Positions 50,099 to 59,867 of a DNA stretch of 64,000 bases are shown one piece after another. This DNA comes from an uncultured Actinomycetes bacterium. Its GTDB lineage: Bacteria; Actinomycetota; UBA4738; HRBIN12. Under the pieces are notes generated by a model, which did no database searches, was not told where the DNA came from, and saw only the letters and a list, made by a program, of their open reading frames with translations. Numbering within the stretch: the stretch's first letter is position 1; the number at the start of each line of letters is the position of its first letter. The stretch lies in contig CAVTOC010000006.1 of assembly GCA_963736335.1 (NCBI GenBank), positions 891,946 to 955,945 of the forward strand, written 5' to 3'. The translations under genes were made by a program, and so were the position numbers.

Positions 50099-50276
50099 CA
50101 TGGACCGACAGACCACGCTCCTGCTCGCACTCGGCATGCTGATCGCGGCGGCACTCGCGGTCGGCGTGAGCGGCTGGGTGCTCTTCGTGCGCGACCGGGC
50201 GCTGGTCCGCATCGGTCACGCTCCCTCGGCCACGGCCGAGGACTCGCAGCATCACGAGGGCCTCGAGGGGTCCTGA
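50099..50276 (+). CDS. Hypothetical small single-TM protein immediately upstream of hisD
   Basis: MDRQTTLLLALGMLIAAALAVGVSGWVLFV. Its stop directly abuts the hisD GTG. Confidence 0.3.
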
Positions 50277-51560
50277 GTGCTCGGGCTCCTCGACCTGCGC
50301 GAGCGGGGGGAGCGACTCGAGCCTTCGAGGTTCGAGAGCGACCCCACCGTCACCGAGACCGTCCGCGGGATCCTCGAGCGTGTCCGCGTTCAGGGCGATG
50401 CCGTCCTGATCGACCTCTCCGGGCGGTTCGACGGCGCCGACCTCTCGGCGACCGGTCTGATCGTCAACGACGACGAGTTCGACCGTGCCGCCTCCGAGAC
50501 ACCGGAGGAACTCCGCAAGGCTCTCGATGCCCTGATCGAGCGGCTGCGCGATCTGCACGGCCGCCAGCTCCCCGCCGGATGGTGGGACGAGCGCGACGGC
50601 GTGCGATCCGGCGAGGTCGTCAGACCCCTTGGGAGCGTGGGCTGCTACGTGCCGGGGGGCCGGGCCGTCTACCCCTCCTCGGTCTGCATGACGGTCGTCC
50701 CGGCGGTGGTCGCGGGCGTCGAGCGGATCGTGCTCTGCACACCCCCGCAGCCCGACGGGTCGATCCCGGCGCCGGTCCTGTACGCCGCCCGGAAGGCGGG
50801 GGCCACGATGGTCGTGAAGTCGGGAGGCGCACAGGCGGTGGGCGCGCTGACCTTCGGGACGGCGTCCGTGCCGGCGGTCGATCGCATCGTGGGGCCGGGG
50901 AACGCCTACGTCACCGAGGCCAAGCGACAGGTCGCCGGCATCGTGGGGATCGACGGCCTCGCGGGGCCGAGCGAGCTCGCCATCGTCGCCGACGCCACCG
51001 TCGATCCGGCGCTCGCGGCTCTGGACCTGATCGCGCAGGCCGAGCACGATCCGCAGGCTCGGACGTTCCTCGTCACGACCGAGGCGGACGTCGTCGAGAA
51101 GGTCGGGGCGGCGCTGGATGACGCCTTGCAGCACGCCGGGAGGCGCGAGATCGTGGACGAGGCACTCGGTCATGCCCGAGTCGTCCTGGTCCGCGATCTG
51201 CCGCACGCGGCACAGGTCGTCGACGACCTGGCGCCCGAGCATCTGCTGCTCCTGCTCGAGGATCCCGATGCGTTCCTCGGGACGGTCCGGAGCTTCGGCG
51301 CGGCGTTCCTGGGTCCATGGTCGGCGGTCCCGTTCGGCGACTACGGGGTCGCGTCCAACCACGTCCTGCCCACCGCGGGAACGGCCCGCTTCGCCTCCGG
51401 TCTGCGCGCGGCCGACTTCGTCACCGTGCGATCGGTCGTCGAGATGACTCCAGGGTCGGCGGCTCGCTTGGCTCCCGGGACATCCACCATCGCCCGCAGC
51501 GAAGGGCTGGTCGGCCACGCCGCCGCCATGGTCGCGCGGGCCACGGAGCCTGAGGCATGA
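50277..51560 (+). CDS. hisD: Histidinol dehydrogenase
   Basis: 427 aa with HisD motifs (VGPGNAYVTEAKRQV, GPSELAIVAD, AQAEHDP). Confidence 0.9.
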   Translation: MLGLLDLRERGERLEPSRFESDPTVTETVRGILERVRVQGDAVLIDLSGRFDGADLSATGLIVNDDEFDRAASETPEELRKALDALIERLRDLHGRQLPAGWWDERDGVRSGEVVRPLGSVGCYVPGGRAVYPSSVCMTVVPAVVAGVERIVLCTPPQPDGSIPAPVLYAARKAGATMVVKSGGAQAVGALTFGTASVPAVDRIVGPGNAYVTEAKRQVAGIVGIDGLAGPSELAIVADATVDPALAALDLIAQAEHDPQARTFLVTTEADVVEKVGAALDDALQHAGRREIVDEALGHARVVLVRDLPHAAQVVDDLAPEHLLLLLEDPDAFLGTVRSFGAAFLGPWSAVPFGDYGVASNHVLPTAGTARFASGLRAADFVTVRSVVEMTPGSAARLAPGTSTIARSEGLVGHAAAMVARATEPEA

Positions 51561-52615
51561 CGCCGGCCGCCACGCCTCGCCCCGGGCTGCGCGACAGCCC
51601 GCCGTACGTCTCACCGCAACTCGACGTGACCGCGCGCCTCAACACGAACGAGTGCCCGGTGCCGCTGCCCGAGGGGTTCGCCGAAGAGCTCGCGGACGAG
51701 CTCGCGACGCTCCCGCTCAACCGCTATCCGGATGGCCAGATGACCCGCCTCCGCGAAGAGCTCTCGGTATCCGTCGGCCACCCGGTGGAGGGCACGTGGG
51801 CGGCGAACGGCTCGAACGAGATCCTCACGCAGCTCCTGCAAGCGTACGGAGGCGTCGGTCGCCGGGCGGCCCTGCTCGAGCCCACGTACCTGCTCCACTC
51901 CCGCATCGCCTGGCTCACGCAGACCGAGATCGTGTCGCTCACCCTGGACGACGGCTTCGCTCTTTCGCAGGAGTGCGTGTCCGCCGTCGTCGAGGTGGGA
52001 CCGGACGTCGTGTTCGTCTGCTCGCCGAACAACCCGACGGGCAACGCGCAACCCGTCGCAGCGGTCGCGTCGCTCGCCGGACGCACCGACGCGCTCGTCA
52101 TCGTCGACGAGGCATACATCGAGTTCGGCGGATCCACGTGTCTCCAGCTCGTCGCCGATCATCCGAACGTCGTGGTGACGCGCACCATGTCGAAGGCCTT
52201 CGCGCTCGCGGGAGCGCGGATCGGCTACGCGCTCGCGTCACCGGAGGTCGTCGAGGACCTGCAACGCGTCCGGCTCCCCTATCACCTGTCGACGATCACG
52301 CAGGCGGCGGGCGTGGCGGCGCTCCGTCACGCGAAGGAGGCGGTCGCTATCCTGGACGCGATCCGCGACGAGCGCGACCGGATCCTCTCGGCGCTCCGCG
52401 CGATGCCGGACATGACCGTGTTCCCCTCCGACGCGAACTTCGTCCTGTTCGTGCCGCCGAAGCCCGCCGCCGACGTCTGGCGAGGCCTGCTGGAGCGCGG
52501 CGTGCTCATCCGCGACCTCTCGAGCGTGGTCCCGAACGCGCTCCGCGTGACCGCAGGAACAACCGCGGAGGTCGACCTGTTCTTGAAGAGTCTCGAGGAG
52601 GTTCTCGCCACGTGA
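51557..52615 (+). CDS. hisC: Histidinol-phosphate aminotransferase
   Basis: PLP lysine motif MSKAFALAGARIGYA. 4-nt overlap with hisD. Confidence 0.9.
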   Translation: MTPAATPRPGLRDSPPYVSPQLDVTARLNTNECPVPLPEGFAEELADELATLPLNRYPDGQMTRLREELSVSVGHPVEGTWAANGSNEILTQLLQAYGGVGRRAALLEPTYLLHSRIAWLTQTEIVSLTLDDGFALSQECVSAVVEVGPDVVFVCSPNNPTGNAQPVAAVASLAGRTDALVIVDEAYIEFGGSTCLQLVADHPNVVVTRTMSKAFALAGARIGYALASPEVVEDLQRVRLPYHLSTITQAAGVAALRHAKEAVAILDAIRDERDRILSALRAMPDMTVFPSDANFVLFVPPKPAADVWRGLLERGVLIRDLSSVVPNALRVTAGTTAEVDLFLKSLEEVLAT

Positions 52616-53205
52616 CCGACGTTGCACGTATAGCCACCGTGAGCCGCACGACCAAGGAGACCGACGTTCGCGTGGAGCTGTCGCTCGACGGCTCGGGAAC
52701 GGGGATCGCCGACACGGGGCTCCCGTTCTTCGATCACATGCTGCAGCAACTCGGCACCCACTCAGGGTGGGATCTGGAGGTCAACGCGAAGGGCGACCTG
52801 CAGATCGACGGGCACCACACGGTCGAGGACGTCGGCATCGCGCTCGGGCAGGCGCTCGCCGACGCGCTCGGCGACAAGAAGGGGATCCGACGGTTCGCCT
52901 CGATCACGGTGCCGCTCGACGAAGCCGCCGTGGAGGTCGCGCTCGACCTGTCGGGGCGTCCATTCGTGGTACACGAGGTCGACATCCCGGCGGAGATGAT
53001 CGGCACGTTCGACACCGGGCTGGTCGAAGACTTCGTCCGGGCGTTCGCGACGACGGCCCAGATGACGCTGCACGTCCGCTTGCGGTCGGGACGCTCGCCC
53101 CACCACGTGGTCGAAGCCGAGTTCAAGGCGATGGCCAAGGCGCTCGGAGACGCGTGCAGCCTGACGGGGCGGGCGACGACACCCAGCACGAAAGGAACGC
53201 TGTGA
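52612..53205 (+). CDS. hisB: Imidazoleglycerol-phosphate dehydratase
   Basis: C-terminal part of track ORF 51652..53205: RTTKETDVRVELSLDGSG...DGHHTVEDVGIALG...SPHHVVEAEFKA. GTG overlaps the hisC stop. Confidence 0.9.
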   Translation: MTDVARIATVSRTTKETDVRVELSLDGSGTGIADTGLPFFDHMLQQLGTHSGWDLEVNAKGDLQIDGHHTVEDVGIALGQALADALGDKKGIRRFASITVPLDEAAVEVALDLSGRPFVVHEVDIPAEMIGTFDTGLVEDFVRAFATTAQMTLHVRLRSGRSPHHVVEAEFKAMAKALGDACSLTGRATTPSTKGTL

Positions 53206-53825
53206 CGGTTCGTCCCGGATCGATCGCCGTCCTCGACTACGGGATGGGCAACCTCCACTCCGTGGCGCGAGCGATCGCGAAGGTGGGCGGCTCCGCCGAG
53301 GTGACCAGGGAGCCCGCCGAGGTCGCCGGTGCCGGCGCGCTGGTGATCCCGGGCGTCGGCGCGTTCGGCGCGTGCATCCGCGCGCTGGCCCAACGCGGCC
53401 TGGATCGCGCGATCCACGACTTCGTCGGGACGGGCCGGCCGGTGTTCGGCGTGTGTCTGGGCATGCAGGTGCTGTTCAAGGAAAGCGATGAGGACCCCGA
53501 AGAAGGACTGTCGATCGTTCCCGGTCGGTCGAGGAAGCTCCCGGCGAACGTCAAGGTGCCGCACATGGGATGGAACACGGTCGACTGGACGGGCGAACAC
53601 CCGTACGTTGCCGGGATCCCGAGCGGGACGCGCTTCTACTTCGTCCACTCCTACGCGCCCGACGTCATCGACGGAACGACGGTGGGCGTCACCGACCACG
53701 GCCGCTCCTTCTCCTCCGTCATCGCGCAGGACAACGTGTTCGCCACGCAGTTCCACCCGGAGAAGTCGGCCGATGCGGGACTGCACATCTACGAGTCATT
53801 CGTGAAGGCGGTGTCGATCCGATGA
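53202..53825 (+). CDS. hisH: Imidazole glycerol phosphate synthase, glutaminase subunit
   Basis: IAVLDYGMGNLHSVARA, GVCLGMQVL (catalytic Cys), FHPEKS. GTGA overlap with hisB. Confidence 0.9.
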   Translation: MTVRPGSIAVLDYGMGNLHSVARAIAKVGGSAEVTREPAEVAGAGALVIPGVGAFGACIRALAQRGLDRAIHDFVGTGRPVFGVCLGMQVLFKESDEDPEEGLSIVPGRSRKLPANVKVPHMGWNTVDWTGEHPYVAGIPSGTRFYFVHSYAPDVIDGTTVGVTDHGRSFSSVIAQDNVFATQFHPEKSADAGLHIYESFVKAVSIR

Positions 53826-54526
53826 TCGTGATCCCGGCGATCGATCTTCGCGGCGGCCGGGCCGTTCGGCTGGTGCGCGGCAACCCCGCGGAGGAGACCG
53901 AATACTCCGCCGACCCCGTCGAGGTCGCGGAGCGGTTCCAGGAGGAAGGTGCCCGGCGGCTCCACGTGGTCGACCTGGACGCCGCGCTCGAACAGGGTTC
54001 GAACGCCGAGGTGGTCAAGGCCATCTGCCACGCGGTCGCGATCCCGGTGCAGGTCGGCGGGGGTATCCGCTCGCTGGCGTCGATCGGGGAGATCCTGGCG
54101 CAGGGTGCGGCGCGGGCGATCCTCGGTACGGCGGCGGCGGCCACCGACGCCGCGTTCGTCGCGCGCGCGGTCGAGGAGTTCGCTGAGCACGTCGTCGTGG
54201 CGCTGGACGTGCGCGGCGGGCATCTGATGACACGCGGATGGACCGAGGAAGGACCGGTCCTCGAAGACGTGCTCCCCGCGCTGAACGAAACGGGGGCCGC
54301 GCGCTACCTCGTGACGGCGATCGCACGCGACGGCACGTTGGAGGGCCCCGATCTCACGCTGTACGGGCGCGTGTTGAAGCTGACGGACCGGCCCGTCATC
54401 GCGTCGGGAGGCGTCCGGGACGCAGACGACGTCTGGGCGCTCCGCGACATGGGATGCGAGGCGGTCGTCACCGGCAAGGCGTTGTACGAGCGCACGCTCA
54501 AGCTCTCGCAGGTGATCAGGGGTTAA
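53822..54526 (+). CDS. hisA: ProFAR isomerase (HisA; possibly bifunctional PriA as in Actinobacteria)
   Basis: MIVIPAIDLRGGRAVRLVRG...VQVGGGIRS...ASGGVRD. ATGA overlap with hisH. Confidence 0.9.
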   Translation: MIVIPAIDLRGGRAVRLVRGNPAEETEYSADPVEVAERFQEEGARRLHVVDLDAALEQGSNAEVVKAICHAVAIPVQVGGGIRSLASIGEILAQGAARAILGTAAAATDAAFVARAVEEFAEHVVVALDVRGGHLMTRGWTEEGPVLEDVLPALNETGAARYLVTAIARDGTLEGPDLTLYGRVLKLTDRPVIASGGVRDADDVWALRDMGCEAVVTGKALYERTLKLSQVIRG

Positions 54527-54529
54527 GCG

Positions 54530-55288
54530 ATGCTGGCGAAACGGGTGATCCCCTGCCTCGACGTGGAGGCCGGACGGGTCGTGAAGGGGACGAGGTTCCA
54601 GGACCTTCGGGATGCGGGCGACCCGGTGGAGCTGGCCGCGCACTACGACCGCGAGGGAGCCGACGAGCTGGTGTTCCTGGACATCACCGCCACCGTCGAG
54701 GGACGTCAGGCCACGCTCGACGTGATCTCGCAGACCGCCGAGCAGGTGTTCATCCCGCTCACGGTCGGCGGCGGGGTCCGCGATGAGGAGGGCGTCAACG
54801 CGCTGCTCCGCGCCGGCGCCGACAAGGTCTCCCTGAACAGCGCGGCCGTCCGCGACCCGGCGATGCTCGCGCGCTGCGCCGACCGCTTCGGTACGCAATG
54901 CATGGTGGTGGCGATCGACGCCCGGCGCCGGAACGGCGGCTGGGAGGTGGTGATCGATGCGGGACGCACCCCCGTCGATCGCGACGCGGTCGAGTGGGCG
55001 CGGGAGGCGACGGAGCTGCTCGGCGCGGGCGAGGTCTTGATCACCTCCATGGACCGAGACGGGACCGGCCAGGGATACGACTTGGAGTTGCTCACGGCCA
55101 TCACGACGGCGGTGCACGTGCCGGTCGTCGCGAGCGGCGGGGCGGGGGACCTCGACCACTTCGCCGCCGCGCTCGACCAGGGCGGAGCCGATGCGGTCCT
55201 CGCCGCGTCGCGCCTGCATTTCGGCCAGCTCACCATCCGTCAGATCAAGGAGCACCTGGCCGAACGTCATCTTCCGGTGAGGCTCTGA
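54530..55288 (+). CDS. hisF: Imidazole glycerol phosphate synthase, cyclase subunit
   Basis: [12 protein letters not shown]...[10 protein letters not shown]...TVGGGVR...ASGGAG. Confidence 0.95.
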   Translation: MLAKRVIPCLDVEAGRVVKGTRFQDLRDAGDPVELAAHYDREGADELVFLDITATVEGRQATLDVISQTAEQVFIPLTVGGGVRDEEGVNALLRAGADKVSLNSAAVRDPAMLARCADRFGTQCMVVAIDARRRNGGWEVVIDAGRTPVDRDAVEWAREATELLGAGEVLITSMDRDGTGQGYDLELLTAITTAVHVPVVASGGAGDLDHFAAALDQGGADAVLAASRLHFGQLTIRQIKEHLAERHLPVRL

Positions 55289-55290
55289 GG

Positions 55291-55620
55291 GTGGAGGCCG
55301 TCGAGATCGACGCGTTGACGTTCGACGACCGTGGGCTCATACCGGCCGTCGTGCAGGACGCCGAGAACGGCGATGTCCTGATGATGGGGTGGATGAGCCG
55401 CGAGTCGGTCGCCCTCACCATCGCCGAAGGTCGAACGGTCTTCTGGAGCCGCTCGCGGCAGGAGCTCTGGCGCAAGGGGGAGACGAGCGGGCACGTGCAG
55501 CACGTCGAGGAGGTCCGGGTGGATTGCGACGCCGACGTGCTGCTGATCCGCGCGCACCAGGTCGGCGCCGCGTGCCACACGGGCGAACGCAGCTGCTTCT
55601 TCCGTACGCTGGAGGACTGA
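55291..55620 (+). CDS. hisI: Phosphoribosyl-AMP cyclohydrolase
   Basis: C-terminal part of track ORF 54898..55620: [25 protein letters not shown]...[21 protein letters not shown]...[13 protein letters not shown] at 55291 after GAGGG. Confidence 0.85.
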   Translation: MEAVEIDALTFDDRGLIPAVVQDAENGDVLMMGWMSRESVALTIAEGRTVFWSRSRQELWRKGETSGHVQHVEEVRVDCDADVLLIRAHQVGAACHTGERSCFFRTLED

Positions 55621-56495
55621 TGCTCAAGGTGGTGATCCCCAAAGGCTCGCTAGAAGAGCAGACGTTGCGCCTCCTCGAGGCAGCCGACCTCGCCGTGCGA
55701 CGGAGCTCGAACCGCGACTACCACGGCTCGATCGACGACGAGCGGATCGAGCGCGTGTCGTTGCTCCGGCCGCAGGAGATCCCGACGTACGTGCAGGACG
55801 GCCTCTTCGACATCGGGATCACCGGGCAGGATTGGATCGCGGAGACCGCCGCCGACGTCGAGGTGCTGGCCACGCTCTCGTACGCGAAGAGCGGGACCGG
55901 GCACGGCACACGGGTCGTCCTTGCCGTTCCGAACGAGCACGTCGCCAACAGCGCCGGCGAGATCCCGGCGGGCACGCGCATCTCGACCGAGTTCATGCAC
56001 CTGACCGAGCGCTACTTCGCCGAGCTGGGCATCGACGTCAAGGTGGTGTGGTCGTTCGGCGCGACCGAGGCGAAGGTTCCCGAGATCGTCGACGCGATCG
56101 TGGACATCACGGAGACCGGCAGCACGCTCCGGGCGCACGGCATGAAGATCATCGAGACGCTGCTCGAGTCCCAGCCGGTGCTGGTCGCGAACAGGACGGC
56201 GGCCGCGGATCCGTCGAAGCGCGCCGCGATGGACGACGTGACCACGCTGTTGCTCGGCGCGCTTCGGGCAGAGAGCAGGGTCCTCATCAAGTTGAACGTC
56301 ACGGAAACGGAGCTCGCCAAGGTCCTCGAGGTCGTTCCTGCCATGAAGGCGCCGACGGTCTCCCCCCTGTCCGAAGGCGGCTACGCGATCGAGACCGTGG
56401 TGGAGAAACGTCTGGTCAACACGCTGATCCCGCAGCTGAAGGCGGCCGGCGCCACGGACATCCTGGAGCTGCCCATCTCCAAGATCGTTCCGTAG
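55620..56495 (+). CDS. hisG: ATP phosphoribosyltransferase (long form)
   Basis: [19 protein letters not shown]...DIGITGQDWI...DITETGSTLRAHG. ATG overlaps the hisI stop by 1 nt. Confidence 0.9.
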   Translation: MLKVVIPKGSLEEQTLRLLEAADLAVRRSSNRDYHGSIDDERIERVSLLRPQEIPTYVQDGLFDIGITGQDWIAETAADVEVLATLSYAKSGTGHGTRVVLAVPNEHVANSAGEIPAGTRISTEFMHLTERYFAELGIDVKVVWSFGATEAKVPEIVDAIVDITETGSTLRAHGMKIIETLLESQPVLVANRTAAADPSKRAAMDDVTTLLLGALRAESRVLIKLNVTETELAKVLEVVPAMKAPTVSPLSEGGYAIETVVEKRLVNTLIPQLKAAGATDILELPISKIVP

Positions 56496-56520
56496 GTCCG
56501 GAACGGGGGCGGAGCCCGAC

Positions 56521-57828
56521 ATGCGCCGAACCACGCTGGTCGCGGTCGCGTTCGTCGTGACGCTCCTCCCCGGAGTCGCGCGCGCCGACCCAGGCAGGCT
56601 CGATCCGTTCTTCAGCCACGACGGGATCCAGACCGCCTTCCCGAACGGCGGCGTCGCCTACGCCGTGGCGATCGATCATCACGACCGGATCGTCGTCGCG
56701 GGATCCACGCTGGGCCGGCATCCGGATATCGCGCTCGCGCGCTTCACACCGGGTGGGAGGCTCGACCCCGCGTTCGGCCAGGGAGGCAAGGTGGTCACCG
56801 ACCTCGGTGCCAACGACTACGCGTTCGACGTCGCGATCGAGGACGACGGCGGGATCGTGGTCGTCGGCGAACGAGCGGCGGCGTCATCCGACCGGTTCGT
56901 GGTGCAGCGGTACCGGCCGAACGGAACGCTCGACCCCGGCTTCGCGAACGCAGGCACGGCGCTCACGGGGTTCGGACGCCGGTTCCAGAGCGCGAGCGCG
57001 GTGGCGATCACACCCGGCGGGCGGATCGTGGTCGCCGGGTCCACGTCGAACGGGATCACGAGCCGCTCCGCCGTGGCGCGCTATCTGCCCGACGGCCGCC
57101 TCGATCGCGGCTTCGGCGGTGACGGCCGGGTGACGACCGACGTCAGCCCGAGCGCAGAGCAGTTCACCGATGTCGTCGTCCAACCCGACGGCCGTGTCGT
57201 CGCGGCCGGGTGGGCGGAGGTGTCGTTGGTGCCGGTGTTCGACGCGGTCCGTTACACCACGGCCGGCCGGCTGGACCCGACGTTCGATGGAGACGGGATC
57301 TCGCGGGTGGACGTCGCTCCGGGAGCCGACCGGGCGCGCGCGATCGCGCGCCAGGACGACGGGTCGTTCGTGCTCGCCGGGGGCGCGTCGGCGAGCGGCC
57401 GCGGCGAGTGGGGCCTGATCCGGCTGGGGCCGCGGGGTCACCTGGATCCGACGTTCGGGAACCACGGCCGGCTCGTGACCGACTTCGGGCCGGGGTTCGA
57501 CGAGGCGCAAGGGGTCGCCGTGCAGTCGAACGGCAAGGTGCTGGTCGCGGGGAGGATCCGGAAGGGCCCCAAGGACGACATCGGGGTCCTCCGGTTGAAG
57601 GCCGGCGGCGGCCGCGACCGCACGTTCGGGGCCGGCGGCCGGGCCCTCACGGACGTCGCGGGCGGGTCGGACGATGCACGCGACCTCACGATCGCACCGA
57701 ACGGCAAGATCGTGGTGGTCGGAGAAGCGACCGTGGACGGGATCCGTCGGTTCGTGGTCGTTCGCTACCTCTCCTCATACGCCTCCGGTCGGCTGATTGA
57801 CACGTCCCGGGGGGCCGTGGAAGGATGA
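56521..57828 (+). CDS. Secreted delta-60-repeat (DUF5122 beta-propeller) protein
   Basis: Signal peptide, then ~8 repeats of the RYxPDGRLDxxFGGDGRVTTD type. Confidence 0.7.
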   Translation: MRRTTLVAVAFVVTLLPGVARADPGRLDPFFSHDGIQTAFPNGGVAYAVAIDHHDRIVVAGSTLGRHPDIALARFTPGGRLDPAFGQGGKVVTDLGANDYAFDVAIEDDGGIVVVGERAAASSDRFVVQRYRPNGTLDPGFANAGTALTGFGRRFQSASAVAITPGGRIVVAGSTSNGITSRSAVARYLPDGRLDRGFGGDGRVTTDVSPSAEQFTDVVVQPDGRVVAAGWAEVSLVPVFDAVRYTTAGRLDPTFDGDGISRVDVAPGADRARAIARQDDGSFVLAGGASASGRGEWGLIRLGPRGHLDPTFGNHGRLVTDFGPGFDEAQGVAVQSNGKVLVAGRIRKGPKDDIGVLRLKAGGGRDRTFGAGGRALTDVAGGSDDARDLTIAPNGKIVVVGEATVDGIRRFVVVRYLSSYASGRLIDTSRGAVEG

Positions 57829-58006
57829 AGACGATGATTGAACGCCAGTTCAACTTCGTTCGCAGCGCCTGTACGTCGCTCGTCGGCGTATCCGGTACCT
57901 AGGGCGCTGCCTGGGCTCCTCGAGCCCGGACGCGCCCCCCGACCCTTCGCCGACGGCGAGGGGTTTTCTCTTTCCCATCGCACCCCGACCCGACCAGGAG
58001 GCACCG

Positions 58007-59308
<1,302 letters not shown>

Positions 59309-59327
59309 GCGGCGATAGCATGACGGC

Positions 59328-59861
59328 ATGTCCGGTCGGCTGGAAGGCCGCAAAGTTGTCGTGCTGCTCGCCGAGGGCTTCGAGGATCTCGAGTTCTGGG
59401 TGACCGTGATGCGCCTCCGCGAGGAGGGCGCCGTCGTCACGGTCGCCGGGCTCACCACGGGTGCCGTTCGCGGCAAGAACGGGCTGGAGGCGAACGCCGA
59501 CATGCTCGTCGCCGACGTCTCGGACCAGGGCGACGCGGCCGTCGTCGTTCCCGGTGGATGGGCGCCCGACAAGCTCCGCCGGCACGAAGCCGTGACCGGA
59601 CTGGTCCGCGGCGCGTACGACCGCGGTGCGATCGTCGGGCTGATCTGCCACGCGGGCCTAGTCGGCATCTCCGCGGAGATCGTGAAGGGCTCGCGCGCGA
59701 CCGGCAGCCTGGGCATCAAGGACGACCTGGTGAACGCCGGCGCCGTCTGGGTGGACGAGCCCGCGTTCCGAGACGGGAACATCGTGTGGGGCCGCGTGGT
59801 GGAGGACATCCCCGACTTCTGCCGCGAGCTCGTGACCGCGATCGAGAGCAACGCGCCCTGA
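59328..59861 (+). CDS. DJ-1/PfpI-family protein
   Basis: VVVLLAEGFEDLEF...GLICHAG nucleophile-Cys motif. Confidence 0.85.
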   Translation: MSGRLEGRKVVVLLAEGFEDLEFWVTVMRLREEGAVVTVAGLTTGAVRGKNGLEANADMLVADVSDQGDAAVVVPGGWAPDKLRRHEAVTGLVRGAYDRGAIVGLICHAGLVGISAEIVKGSRATGSLGIKDDLVNAGAVWVDEPAFRDGNIVWGRVVEDIPDFCRELVTAIESNAP

Positions 59862-59867
59862 AGAAGC

